A DNA stretch of 59,896 nucleotides, the filler included, from Dimargaris cristalligena (Eukaryota), in NCBI GenBank assembly GCA_003614675.1. It is 8 parts of 8 records of this genome, joined end to end, with 100 filler letters (N's around TTAATTAATTAA, not from the genome) between each part and the next. Parts side by side here need not be neighbours in the genome. Positions count along the whole stretch, not along the records: positions 7,563 to 14,991 come from ML003416.1; positions 15,092 to 22,506 come from ML003417.1; positions 22,607 to 30,019 come from ML003418.1; 5 more parts are not named here. One strand, given 5' to 3'. Position numbers and translations under genes: made by a program. Positions within the stretch are counted from its first letter, which is position 1. Each line of letters opens with the position of its first letter. This document shows, in pieces, positions 11,470 through 22,660 of this stretch. Below the pieces are notes generated by a model. The model was not told the origin of the DNA and did no database searches. It saw only the letters and a program-made list of their open reading frames with translations.

Positions 11470-12574
11470 CTCACTGAATAACTTATTAAATATAGATGAG
11501 TGTACTATAAAATAAGAAAACTGAAGAATGCATATTAATCTTTTAGTCTAGGTGAAATCAGCATGATGGCAAATGATAAGTATATTAATAATCAAATTCC
11601 TCTCTAGCACTTTCAGTACTGTAAGGCCATCACATGGGGGACTCTAGTAAGTGAATAATTGATGGCACTTAATAATGTAAACTTAATAGAAAAATACAAA
11701 TGTATCCCCATTCCAAAATAATCCAATACTGGGATACACTGAGACATGTCTATTTTAAATGAAACTACGGAGGGCCTAATGCTAAATTTTCTAACAAAAT
11801 GCACCAAATTAGAGGTGAATATTGTATCAATCATATGTTTTATGCAATTCTACTCCATAGTAAGTGCTATGGAAGGATCCAACTGGCAGTATAGCCCTAT
11901 GGCTCGCGAATTTTAAGTATTACTTGGTATATAAAATACACATTAGCCCTGATTATATGCTAGCCTTTCTACTAGGTGAATGTGTTAACAAGTGTATTGG
12001 TCATCCATAATACTATATAGACATGCCCTATTTCAGGTGGTAACCAACAGAACAGTAGCCATAGGTCGATTAGCCGTACATTGACGTTCAATGCCTATTG
12101 ATAGATTATGAGACCCAAAATAAAACATTTATTCTTAATTTACATATTGTCACTGCAGGATTTGTGGTCTGCTTTAAGGAGAGAAGTGAAGCACAGCTTC
12201 TGTTGCATGTCTTTGGTTGGCTCAATAGGCTCAATCATGCCAAATGCCAGCAATGCGATTATAAATAAAGAAACAATTATCTGAAAGAAATATATATATA
12301 TATATATATATAACAACCAATAGTCCGAAGGGGGGGTGTCTTGCTATGAATTATGTCGCGGAAACCAGTTCCTTGACATACACCAAGACCGGGTGGCCGT
12401 CCGGAATGATAGACCCGGTTATCGCAAAAGGGGCGCACCCTTATTGACTTTACTAAAATTTGAGAATCTCTTCGGGAAAGGGAAAAGATCAGTAGGGTCG
12501 CGTATACACAGTCGAAAGAGGCCAAAGGACAGACAAATAAACGTCAAAGTGTCAAACGAATCGGAGGGGGGAAA

Positions 12575-13540
12575 CTAGGCCGCCCCCTTTTTGGGAATGT
12601 CACAGAAGGCCCCCACACCGTTAGTGTTATTACACACCATCCCCTTGGCACAGGAGGTAATAACATCCTTGCCGAGATGCTTCACGACGATATCGGCCGA
12701 TTTCCCGGCGGATTTACAGGCCGGACCAGCGGACTCGCCGCTGGTTGTAGAGGGTTTGGTTGAGGTGGTCGGTTCTTCGGGAGTGGTCGCGGTGGTGTCC
12801 TTGTCCTTGTCATCGGCCGGAGTAGCGGGGTTTTTGGTACCCTTACCGGGTTTGGTAGTGGTTGGCTTGGCCGGAGCTTCCTCCGTCTCTTCAGGCGCGC
12901 TAATGGTGGGGGTCTTACTACCGCTACTACTGCCACCGGGATAGTACTCGCTGCCGTCGTTCGTACCGCTAAGGAACTCGCCGATAGTGACACCGCCGGG
13001 ATAGTTGGCAATAACAATCTTGGGCCCCGAAAGCGAACCGCCCGCCTTACCCTCAATCTTCACATCCGCGCAGTTCATGTAAAACTCGCGGTTGCCCGAT
13101 TTATTGACCCAGGTCCAGGCAAAAATGGCCATGGCAGCGGAAGGGGCGTTAGAGGGAATGGGAACACTTAATGAACCACCCAAGGTAGGGCAGCTGTTCA
13201 TGATGGTGTGGATGGCAGTGAATGTCTTGCCCTTGTCATACGACAGGGAGAATTGACAATGGCCGCCGTTGTGAGCGGCACCAGTTGAGGAGAATTTGAC
13301 TGACGCACTGCCACCCGCCTTATAGGTGGCCACGGGGGACGCATAGGCCTCGGTGTAATGGCACAGGGGAAACGCCTTCACCCCACCGGAACCAATGGGG
13401 GCCGAAAGATAGTTGGGGTCCGGATTGGGGTATTTGCAGCTAGCGATGGTGGACCCGCGAACACAAGGGGTCTCCAAGAATATGTGACCAGCCACGCTGG
13501 TGACCAAGGCGCCAAGGATAAGGGCAGTTGAACCGATCAT
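12575..13540 (-). CDS. Secreted lytic polysaccharide monooxygenase, AA11-type (probably chitin-active), with Thr/Pro/Lys linker and C-terminal 4-Cys module
   Basis: 18-aa signal peptide followed by His1 (VAG|HIFL); AAHNGGHCQFSLSYD; WTWVNKSGNREFYMNCADV. Confidence 0.9.
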   Translation of the reverse strand: MIGSTALILGALVTSVAGHIFLETPCVRGSTIASCKYPNPDPNYLSAPIGSGGVKAFPLCHYTEAYASPVATYKAGGSASVKFSSTGAAHNGGHCQFSLSYDKGKTFTAIHTIMNSCPTLGGSLSVPIPSNAPSAAMAIFAWTWVNKSGNREFYMNCADVKIEGKAGGSLSGPKIVIANYPGGVTIGEFLSGTNDGSEYYPGGSSSGSKTPTISAPEETEEAPAKPTTTKPGKGTKNPATPADDKDKDTTATTPEEPTTSTKPSTTSGESAGPACKSAGKSADIVVKHLGKDVITSCAKGMVCNNTNGVGAFCDIPKKGAA

Positions 13541-14111
13541 TTTGGTAACTGGATTGATAAGAAAAAGAGGAAACGGGTCACACGCTAGGCGAGAAAATAG
13601 ACTGTAAATATTGGAGAAGAGGATAAATCACCGTCGTTGATGGTTCCAAAAAAGTTGATAACTCGTCGATAACCGAATAAGATAATGGGTAGAGGTAGGG
13701 AAAAACAGTAATAGTATAGCCAGCCAGCCTTGCAGAATAGTCCAATGTTTCTCTAGCGAATTGAAATGGTTGGGAGAGAGTGAAAGTGCACTATGGAATA
13801 ATAGTTATTTGGGAAAGGAATGCGGCTAATAATCTACGTGACCGGCACGATGAATTAATTAACCGAGAGAAAATTTAATGGGGGTGGATAAAGGATGGAC
13901 TGCAATGCTGAAATACCAAATGGTAGCGAAACTAGTATTTGGGTAGCTAATTGAGGAAGAGCAGGGTGTATATAAACCAATATGGTAAAAGGTGGCAACT
14001 GGCTAATGGCTATTAATTGTTTTTAAAAAAGAAAAGCGGATGTCGACGAGTATCAACGAAGGGATGGATGAAATGGTGATGATTTTAAAATGGGGTGGGC
14101 GATGTAGGCGC

Positions 14112-14119
14112 TATTTATA
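14112..14119 (-). promoter_or_regulatory. Candidate TATA box of the LPMO gene
   Basis: TATAAATA on the minus strand just upstream of the duplicated leader; TATAAAA at the equivalent position (7927-7933) in the duplicate. Confidence 0.5.
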
Positions 14120-15092
14120 AGGATGAGACTACGTGGGTCTCCACCCCACCCTTGCCGTGTCACTAAATTGACATCGATAGTTCCGATTAACTAGGACTCA
14201 TACCTACCCGTTGTCCTCCTCTGGCATTGGAGCGGGCGGCCAAGACTTGACAAATCTCAGACATATCCCCTATCCGTGCTATGAGCTGCAATCCTTTTAC
14301 TCTGGGTGACCCCGAGCCACTCTATGAGTCGCTGGGCTCGATTCCCACATAGCGGCGATGGAACTGACAGTTTTCTCCTAATTCATCCGCTTTTCACGTT
14401 TCGCATTTCTCTCGACTAGCCCACGCCATTATTAATACTGTCTCTCTAGCCGTTCTTTTGGCGCACTTATTAGAGCGAATATTCCTCCTAGACTTAGCCA
14501 TAATCGCATATTCTCGAGTGGATCCCCTTTGTCCGGCACAAGGGGGTCCGAATTTAATATCCGAGAACTGCGATGGTGCGAAAAGAAGAGTATACAAATT
14601 TCACGAAGGGATTGGGTAAAGGCAATGAGTTTGGTCTACTCTATTTTAGTGGACGAAGATGGGCTAATGATGAAGGGGGGAAGAGAGGAGAGTCCTTTTT
14701 TGGCGGAAAACCACCTTATGTTATTGAATGTCCATAGGCCATTACATCCGATGCCCCCTTGGCACAAAGACCCCTGCTGGCCACAGTGACCAAAGGGAAT
14801 CCGATGACCAGATCGTATCACCAGGCAAGAGTCGGGGCAGTGAAAACACCGCCTCTCTCCTCTCTCATACTACCTCGAGACTCGGATTATATCCCAATAA
14901 ACATCACCCTCTATATTAGGAGCCGCACCCTCCAGTACCCCCCCTTTCGAGTCATCTGGCAAATAACCTAACTTCGGGCAGTCGGGTAGAANNNNNNNNN
15001 NNNNNNNNNNNNNNNNNNNNNNNNNNNNNNNNNNNTTAATTAATTAANNNNNNNNNNNNNNNNNNNNNNNNNNNNNNNNNNNNNNNNNNNNT

Positions 15093-15245
15093 AAGACTAA
15101 GACGGGAATAGCTACGCAGGCGGCTCAGCTGTTGTCGCCGGGTTATCGAAAGATACGCAACCTTCCGATTGGTTCCACTTACAATAACCCCTCGGCCAAA
15201 ACCTCTACTGCCAAAACCTCTGCTGCCAAACCGCCTAGTAAATAA
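15093..15245 (+). CDS. Possible 3' end of a CDS truncated by the contig edge
   Basis: Open frame from the contig start: KTKTGIATQAAQLLSPG...AKTSTAKTSAAKPPSK*. Confidence 0.3.
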   Translation, partial: KTKTGIATQAAQLLSPGYRKIRNLPIGSTYNNPSAKTSTAKTSAAKPPSK

Positions 15246-15818
15246 CCCGACAAACCCCAAAATGTCAGGTGGGTCGCCTATGGACAGCTCCACTCCGTGT
15301 TCCTCCTCTTTTTGAACTCAAACCTTATTGTCCTGGAGTATTTTCCTGACTTAGGCCGTTGTCAAACAAATATATAAATATGCCTATATAACGGCGTGGA
15401 TATGGTACGCAATGCGAAATTAAACGACAACTGCTAGGCTGTATGATGGGACTCTCAAGATTTTATTATCGACATTCATAGCGAGGGGGGGGGGAGTGCC
15501 AGTGTATATGTAGGTTTTAGTATATTCTTGGTCAGAGCGACTGTGGGAGGGGGGAGGTGAACATATGTAATTAAAAGTATATTAATATTTTATTGCGACG
15601 AGGAACCCGGGATGATGTGAGATATTCTTATTTTTATACACTGGGTTTGTTTGTGTGGCCCGCTTAGCTAGTAACTATCCATAGCCTGTGTGACGGTGAG
15701 CTGACGCTGGTGGGGTTGGGCGATTTCCCAGGTTCTGGGTACTTGACCCCACCCATCAGTGACACTAATAGACCCAAGCTAGTACGGTGGTTAACCACTC
15801 TTAGTCTATTAAGAATCC

Positions 15819-15920
15819 ATATGGGAGAAGTTCATCCAAGCTGTATAACGAAAAATCCATTAGATGGGGCCAACATTACTGATTAAAATGGTATACAGCT
15901 GGCTTGAATTTCACCCATAT
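15819..15920 (-). mobile_element. MITE family A copy 4 (internally deleted), abutting a 30-bp LTR-B end fragment (15789-15818)
   Basis: Both TIRs retained, 102 bp; preceded by GGTTAACCACTCTTAGTCTATTAAGAATCC. Confidence 0.8.
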
Positions 15921-17129
15921 GACACAAGGTGCTATCATGGAAAGATTCTATAGCACAGAAAGGTCTATGACAGAAATCTGAGTGGGGACCAAGTAAACTA
16001 GTAAATACCGAGGAGGGTTATTTAGGAAGAAGATATATAGGTTTTTAAAATAAGTATTTTATTGAAACATGAAGATCTTTTGGGTATGCGAGTTGCCACC
16101 TCTTTTATATCTATATCTCTGGTATCTGGGTAGAGTGACTACCGTTCGCTGCTTGTTCTGAGGGGGCCGCTATAGTGAGGGGGTTAGATGAAGAGTTCTC
16201 ATTGGTTGAGATGAGGGGTCGTTCTGACTCGGGGTTGTCCGCCCCCTCTGAGGGTTGCAGGTCTAATGTAAGTGAGCCATACAGAAAGGCCTTAGCCCTA
16301 GTAAGTTGCATTAGCCAGCGCAGCACTCGCATACTAGGGGTGAACATATAAGGGTTTATTAGTATACGGGTTGACAACAGTCTGACCAACTCTCTCTCTC
16401 TCTCTCTGTAGTAGTAACGCCAGTGTGGATAGGTATTTACCATAGTTACACGTAGAATTGGTGAAAAAAAAAATATGGATATTGAAAATGATTACCATGC
16501 AGGATAATTCAATCTAAAATCATTACCGCCATTCCTATATTTAGGTACATACGCCTGTCACTAGCACTGGATTTTAGCCCCCCTCCCAAATGCAGTCCTA
16601 CCACTCCTTTAAGCACCGCCTTGGCTGCAAGATGGGGGACTCTGCCCTAATGACGCCAATCCACCATGAGAGAGATAGCAAGCCTACTTCCCGCATTCCT
16701 AGGTCTGGCACCTTGAAAACTAAGTCACCCAGTATTTCATTATTTAATATCATGCTAGCAATTTAGTGTTTTTGGGGTAGGCCTAAAGCAAGGTATTGGC
16801 GGATAATCCTGGTGCAGTTTACAGCAGAAGACTAGAATGAACACGCCACTGAGTCCCTTGGAAAATAAAGCCCAAAGAATAAATAACTGAGAGTAGACGA
16901 CAGGTTCTCCTGAAGGGTAGCAACCCTTTAGCTCATTGATTCCAAAATACCATTCTGATAATTGTAGGCTTAATATAATTCGCATTTTATTATAGCAGTT
17001 GGTATATAATAATTATGGATTATGAAGCGGGGTACTTGCGGGAGATCCCAAAAATAAACAATTCAAGTGTAAATCCCTAAAATAAAATGTGGAGGGGGGG
17101 GAATACAATCACCATGAGACTAAGCTGTC

Positions 17130-18974
17130 TCAGTGGATAGGAAAGACACGATTTCTGAACTCCTGAAAAATACCGGGCGTAGTTGAGCTTGAGGGTGCTA
17201 TTAGAGCCGGGTCCTCGTCTTCGGGGGTTTGGTGAGATGCGTTGCCGAACCTAATTTTCGGCCATAACCTTGAGCTTACCTTGGCGGCATTCTGTTTAAT
17301 CCGTTCGTCGCGTTCCTGGAGGTTCGTATCAAAACCATAGGGAGGAAGCTTAAAGTCCGGGTTAGTGCCCAAGTTGGTGTAGACTAGGTCGGCATTATTG
17401 ATCGGGGCGGCCGGGACATATTGAACGGGACTCCCTTCCTGGGTTAAGCGAAAGGCCAATTCTAGAATAGGCTGAGATTCCGCCTTAGAATCACCATTAG
17501 TCTTGGCGCGTACCGGCCAAAAGGCTTCAAAAGATTCCTTATGGTAAAGCTTAAGCGAATAAAGCGTACGCATAAGTGACCGTCTGCCAATACCCAAGGA
17601 AGAGAAAAAGGGCTTGGTGATCAAATTCGAATTCGAATTAAAAATCGTTTGGGACTGATCAGATGGCAGATTTTTGGATCGAACATAAGCAAATGCGAGA
17701 AATGCATGGGCCTGCTCACGAATACCATTAGTTCTAGTCCTGGTATTCCCCACATCATCCTTTGAAGTTTGGATGTGGGCAGCCACCCTTTCAAAGTATT
17801 GGCTAACCTCCTCATCGCGCCCGTTTTGGCAGAGGTACCATAATCCGGTTTGGGTCACCCGGTTCACTACTTCCGGTATAATGTCGGCAAGTAATGGAAA
17901 TATAACCCCGGTCCCTCCGGTTACTAGGCCGGGCATGTAGGTCATGCGAGTGCTAGAAGTATGGCCAACCACCAAACCCTCGTGCAAAAAATGCTCCCAC
18001 AGCGTAAACAGGCGAGCACCGGTGAGACTGGCCGCCATGGGAAACATGGTTCGAAAATCCGCATCGGCAAGTTTGGATACGTCAATCGCCACCCGAGGGC
18101 TGGCCGTAAGGAAATCGCGGTTATTTACCAGAAATTGATCGTAAACTCGGGCAGGCTGGATATTCCCTTGGAATCGATTGCCGGACCCTTGATAGTACCG
18201 GACACAATCCTCGTGACATCTCTTATGGGTAGCTAGAATGCTCATTAGAAATACATCCCAGGTTTCCAGTAGTGCCAATTTATTCCAGAACAGGAACAGG
18301 CCATCCCAGTCTTTCTGGTTAGTATAAATGTTCGTATTGCTTTGAAGTATTTTCGCCCAGGCGGCGTCAATCTAGAAAAATTCAATGGGTTAACGAGGGC
18401 CAGGATAGTGGTGAGATTCATGAACAGGTCAGATACAAGTAGGTTTTAATCGCACTTCCAAGGCTCAGACCATGGGTGTAAAAGTGTAGCACAGTCTACT
18501 ATTCAACACGGGGGTTATTATAGAGAAAATAACTCATTGAACAATTTTGCTTTTTGTTGTGTATGTTTGGTGTCCACTGCCTAATATTTGCCTGTAGCTA
18601 TACTGCAGGGAAATAACACGTGGTGGATTCGACTCCAAATTGCCGAGGCGTACCTCTAAAATGGGGCTGTGGTATTGGCATTGGGTCACTGCCCATTAAA
18701 TTAATGATTATAGACTTACTTCCTGGGGCCAAGTAGATGGTGCACTCTTGCCGGCCACGAATTCATTGAAATGGCGCTCTCTTAAAGTTGGTAAACCCGT
18801 CGAAAAATCCGTCTCATGTTTCAATTTAGTCGGGGGGATGGGATAGCCAGTTAAATCTAACGCGGGGCTAGTCGACATACGAGCGCCAGCGGTTCCCTTG
18901 AGTAAATTCGCCTGGGTATGCCAAATAAGCGCAAGGCCGGTGGCAATTGCGTAGATATGGATGGAAACTCGCAT
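17130..18974 (-). CDS. Two-exon secreted protein of unknown function, ~498 aa (exons 18974-18720 and 18371-17130)
   Basis: Signal peptide MRVSIHIYAIATGLALIWHTQA; phase-0 GTAAGT...TTTTTCTAG intron 18719-18372 joins WPQE|IDAAWAK in frame with the 382-aa ORF. Confidence 0.8.
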
Positions 18975-20529
18975 GTTGGTCGAATGTTGGTCGGGAAGAG
19001 GCAGCGGAGAGGAGGGGGGGTGGTACTCAAACACACTTTGGGTCAATGAAATAACAGAATGTAAGATTAGCAAAAAAGGTCGTCCGAAATTAGGGGGTCC
19101 CAAGAGATGAAATAGGGCCGAGGTTAAAGATTAAACAGCGAAAGCGTAGGGGAAAGATATCATAGTTTAAAGTAGTCTTGTTCAGCGGCGCCCAATTTAT
19201 ATATATATATATATGTATATATAAATTGCCATTCCATGGGCTTCAAGGGGGGGGGTCCATAGTGGCTACCAACCCGGTCGAAGACATGGTCACCCTTCAC
19301 CTGGGGCCCATTAGGGTGGGTGGCTACTGCTTTCGATAAAATAATAGGAAAAGAGTTGGACTCGCGGTGCCATACAGCTGTGCAGCCAACTCATCTGTTT
19401 ACCATAATCAGCTTCACCCAACTGGTTATTGGCAAGCTAGGCCACCTCATGACCCGGTTAACAGTGAAGCGTAGCTTGCGTTGCCAATTAGGTTGACCTT
19501 TTCTTCTGCAAATATCGCTATACACAAGGAAGTTTGGCTCCTGTGGGTGGGCCTTCTTTATAATGTGGGGTATGTAGGCTCTCTCCCCCCCCATTCCGTT
19601 CAATCGGAATTGGACGAGGCTAGATAGCCATTATTGGCCCGCCAGAAGTTGGTGGAATAAAGGGGCCGGATTGGATAACCAGTCTCTCTCGCCCATTTGT
19701 ACCCAGTGCCAAAAAAATAAAATAATAGAGGGTGTCGGATTTGAGAATAACATCGACCATTCCGAGTCTATAGGGAGGGGGGCTAGCCTCCATTTTATCA
19801 ATTATTAAAGGGTGAGCCCCGAGTCTTCCGAGCCTGAAGGCCAACTTATAGCTAGTGTACTTGGCCACTCGCTCGTATTATACTTCGTATGTTCGTTACT
19901 TGGCCTACAAAGGTACATTCTGGGTAACGAATCGATTTGGGTGAAATGCGACACGGCTGTATCGAGTTTCAGCCGATAGGTATAGAGGGGGGAAACGATG
20001 CAAGATAGTCATTTTCGGCCAATAGTTTGTACCTTGCGACAGGCCACTCGGCTAATAACAGAGTTAGCAGAACAAGTGGGTTTACCCCCGCCGGCTGTTA
20101 CCAAAACCAAGTGCCCCCGCCTCACCCTAGTTCGGGGAGGTCCTTTCATTAAACATCCCTACCCAATACCCCGATTAACCCTATTCCCACTTCCCTCCGT
20201 TTGCATGCCACAGCCTAATCCAACAAATTTTTGGTTATGGGGTCCAGTTGAACCTCTCGCATTTATTTAAATGATTAGGTTAACTGATACGCCTGGATTA
20301 TTATATGTATGCACTAAAGGAATAATGGGGAAGAAGTTTAATATGAATGTAGAATATATATTCCGTATAAGAAAGTAGGTTATATAGGTTAAAAACAATT
20401 ATCCAGCTCATTTCCCACTTACATTATACTCCAAACCTTTTACTGGCGTATTGAATTCCACCTATATTATATTGGGCTAGAAATCATTAGCGCTAAAGGC
20501 CTATGGTAATTGCCGGAAGGGAGCAGATG

Positions 20530-20905
20530 AGACTAGTATTGTGACCCACATTAAACTGGGTATGTGTTACAGGTGCCTGGTGAATTGGAATACAAATGGC
20601 AGGCAAATGCCCTAATGGACAACTACGAGACTTCACAGAAGGAACTTTGGCTGGAAATACGCCCCCATCCGGGAAATATTCTGACATAGCAGTGTCGGTA
20701 GTGATTTGAGGACCTGCTACATTACCTTCCAGACAACAGTCCAAGTTAAGCATCTCAAATTGGGATTCTTAAATATCCCTTTTGGTTATAAGGTCTGAGT
20801 TGGGTCAAGTCTTATCACTGATCTTTCAATATGCCCAAGAAGAGGCCACGTACCCCATTAGGATAAAGCTGGGTGGTCCCTACCCCTACCCCTCCCCTTC
20901 CCTGA
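20530..20905 (+). pseudogene. Degenerate coding relic, possibly transposon-derived
   Basis: Protein-like frame GYVLQVPGELEYKWQANALMDNYETSQKELWLEIRPHPG...FEDLLHYLPD with several in-frame stops; CpG-poor; no motif recognised. Confidence 0.25.
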
Positions 20906-21324
20906 TAGCAATGCCCTTTTGAGAGGTTGTTTATATGAATAAGGTTTAATATATTATTTAATATGACCGATGGGGCCGGTAACTGGCCATTGTCCTTTAG
21001 ATAGCAGCTTTTCATCAGAAAGGTTATGTGACTGCTTCATCATTTGGGTAGTGGGTCTCTTCGGTTTGATGATTGCGATATACGGCTCTTAATGTAATTA
21101 TAGTTGGCACGACTGGGTAAGGAGGGGATGGGCAAGAAGACTTGGTGGGAAGCGGGCGAGGTTCCAATAAGCAGAGTGATTCGGAAAATAGCGAACCTTT
21201 CTAAGTGTGCGAGAGTTATAATGCTAGGTCAAGGGGAGCGGGCGTATTTACCGCTGAGTAATGAGTTGAATGGGATAGGCTATATATATATAAATTCCAA
21301 ATTATACCTATTTATTTTATTGAA

Positions 21325-21755
21325 TCATAACAAACCCGGGTTTACGGGTGTAATTTCCGCTTTACACTTCAGGCTCATCGTTGGCACCAAATTTGACCAG
21401 TACCGTATCCGTCCTTCGCCAGGCGGGGTTCCCGGGATAACAGGGACAGGCGACCTTTCGGTGCTTCGGGTGTTGAAGTCGCTCCACGGTGACAGAATGA
21501 CTCTTCCCCTCCCCTCGAACCCCCGCGTAAGGCAGAGGAGTTCCAAACAAAAACACGAAAAAAGAAAAACCAACTCGGCGAATCGGCATTTTTGAAGGGA
21601 ACGGGATTCCCGATAGACCTGGGCCAGCGGACGGGGACGAGGGGAGGAGATAGGAATTACATCCATCGAAAATGCTAGCCCGTTTCAATGGATTCTCCGG
21701 GTAGGAAAATGCCCGCCTGACCGTGCTACTCCACCGTGCTAGGCGAGCTTAATTC
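21325..21755 (-). ncRNA. Candidate highly structured RNA, unclassified
   Basis: Several nested helices, most of which pair better on the minus strand through G-U pairs (see findings). Confidence 0.4.
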
Positions 21756-22660
21756 GAAGCTTCTATATTGGGGACGTGGCCTTGAATTAATTGGAACCCC
21801 ACGGCTCCCCCCCACCCAAAAAACAATGGAGGGTACATGGGTCACCCATACAATACCTACGACGAACTAAAATGAAGGGCTTCCCCCGCCTTTGTTCAGT
21901 CTCGATCTCATAAATATGGACTAGGCCGCGATGCTAAAACCCCTCTCCCCCTCACGCACTCTCTCCCCGTATACCTTATGCCCTCCGCCCCCCTTCCGTT
22001 CGTTAAATAATTGGTTAACGTTGGGTATAGCGATAGCCCCCAACAATCAAGCCCGTTCGAGGGGCTAGGCTGTCGATCATTTCGAGCGGATAGACGTAAG
22101 CAACTAGTATAATGTAACGGGAGGAGAAAAATGCGATTGATTGGGACTCTCGGAACGGGGGTACAAAAGTAGAGCAGTCTTTGCTTTCTTGGACCGTTCA
22201 TGGCATAGCCAATCGGACTGGGCCCGCTCTCTTTGTCGAGCGACATACACACAATTACTACTCTACCCACCTACTCGATGGAGCGGCCGCTGAAGGCTGT
22301 CGATCAAAGGGAGAGGAATGAGGGAGGGAAACTACCCCCCCCCACACACACACACATACTATATTCGCCGCTATGCGGGTCGGCGGCCTCAACTAGACTC
22401 GTTTTTAACACCATCAAAAAAACGCGTTTAATTACGCGCATCCTGGTAACGGCATAAATACCGTCGGTGCCGCTGCCATTTACTAACAACTATCGTATTC
22501 CTCGGCNNNNNNNNNNNNNNNNNNNNNNNNNNNNNNNNNNNNNNNNNNNNTTAATTAATTAANNNNNNNNNNNNNNNNNNNNNNNNNNNNNNNNNNNNNN
22601 NNNNNNAATTGGGGGGGTGGGGGGGGACGGAGGGCGAAAAATGAGTAACGGTATGTCTAT

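Noticed and set aside
21587-21611. Plus-strand Sm-site-like ATTTTTG followed by a hairpin (snRNA)
   Set aside because: No U1/U2/U4/U5/U11/U12 5' motifs, and most helices favour the minus strand
21490-21667. snR30/U17 identity (AUUCCUA m1-like motif)
   Set aside because: The m2 motif AAACCAU and the terminal ACA box are missing
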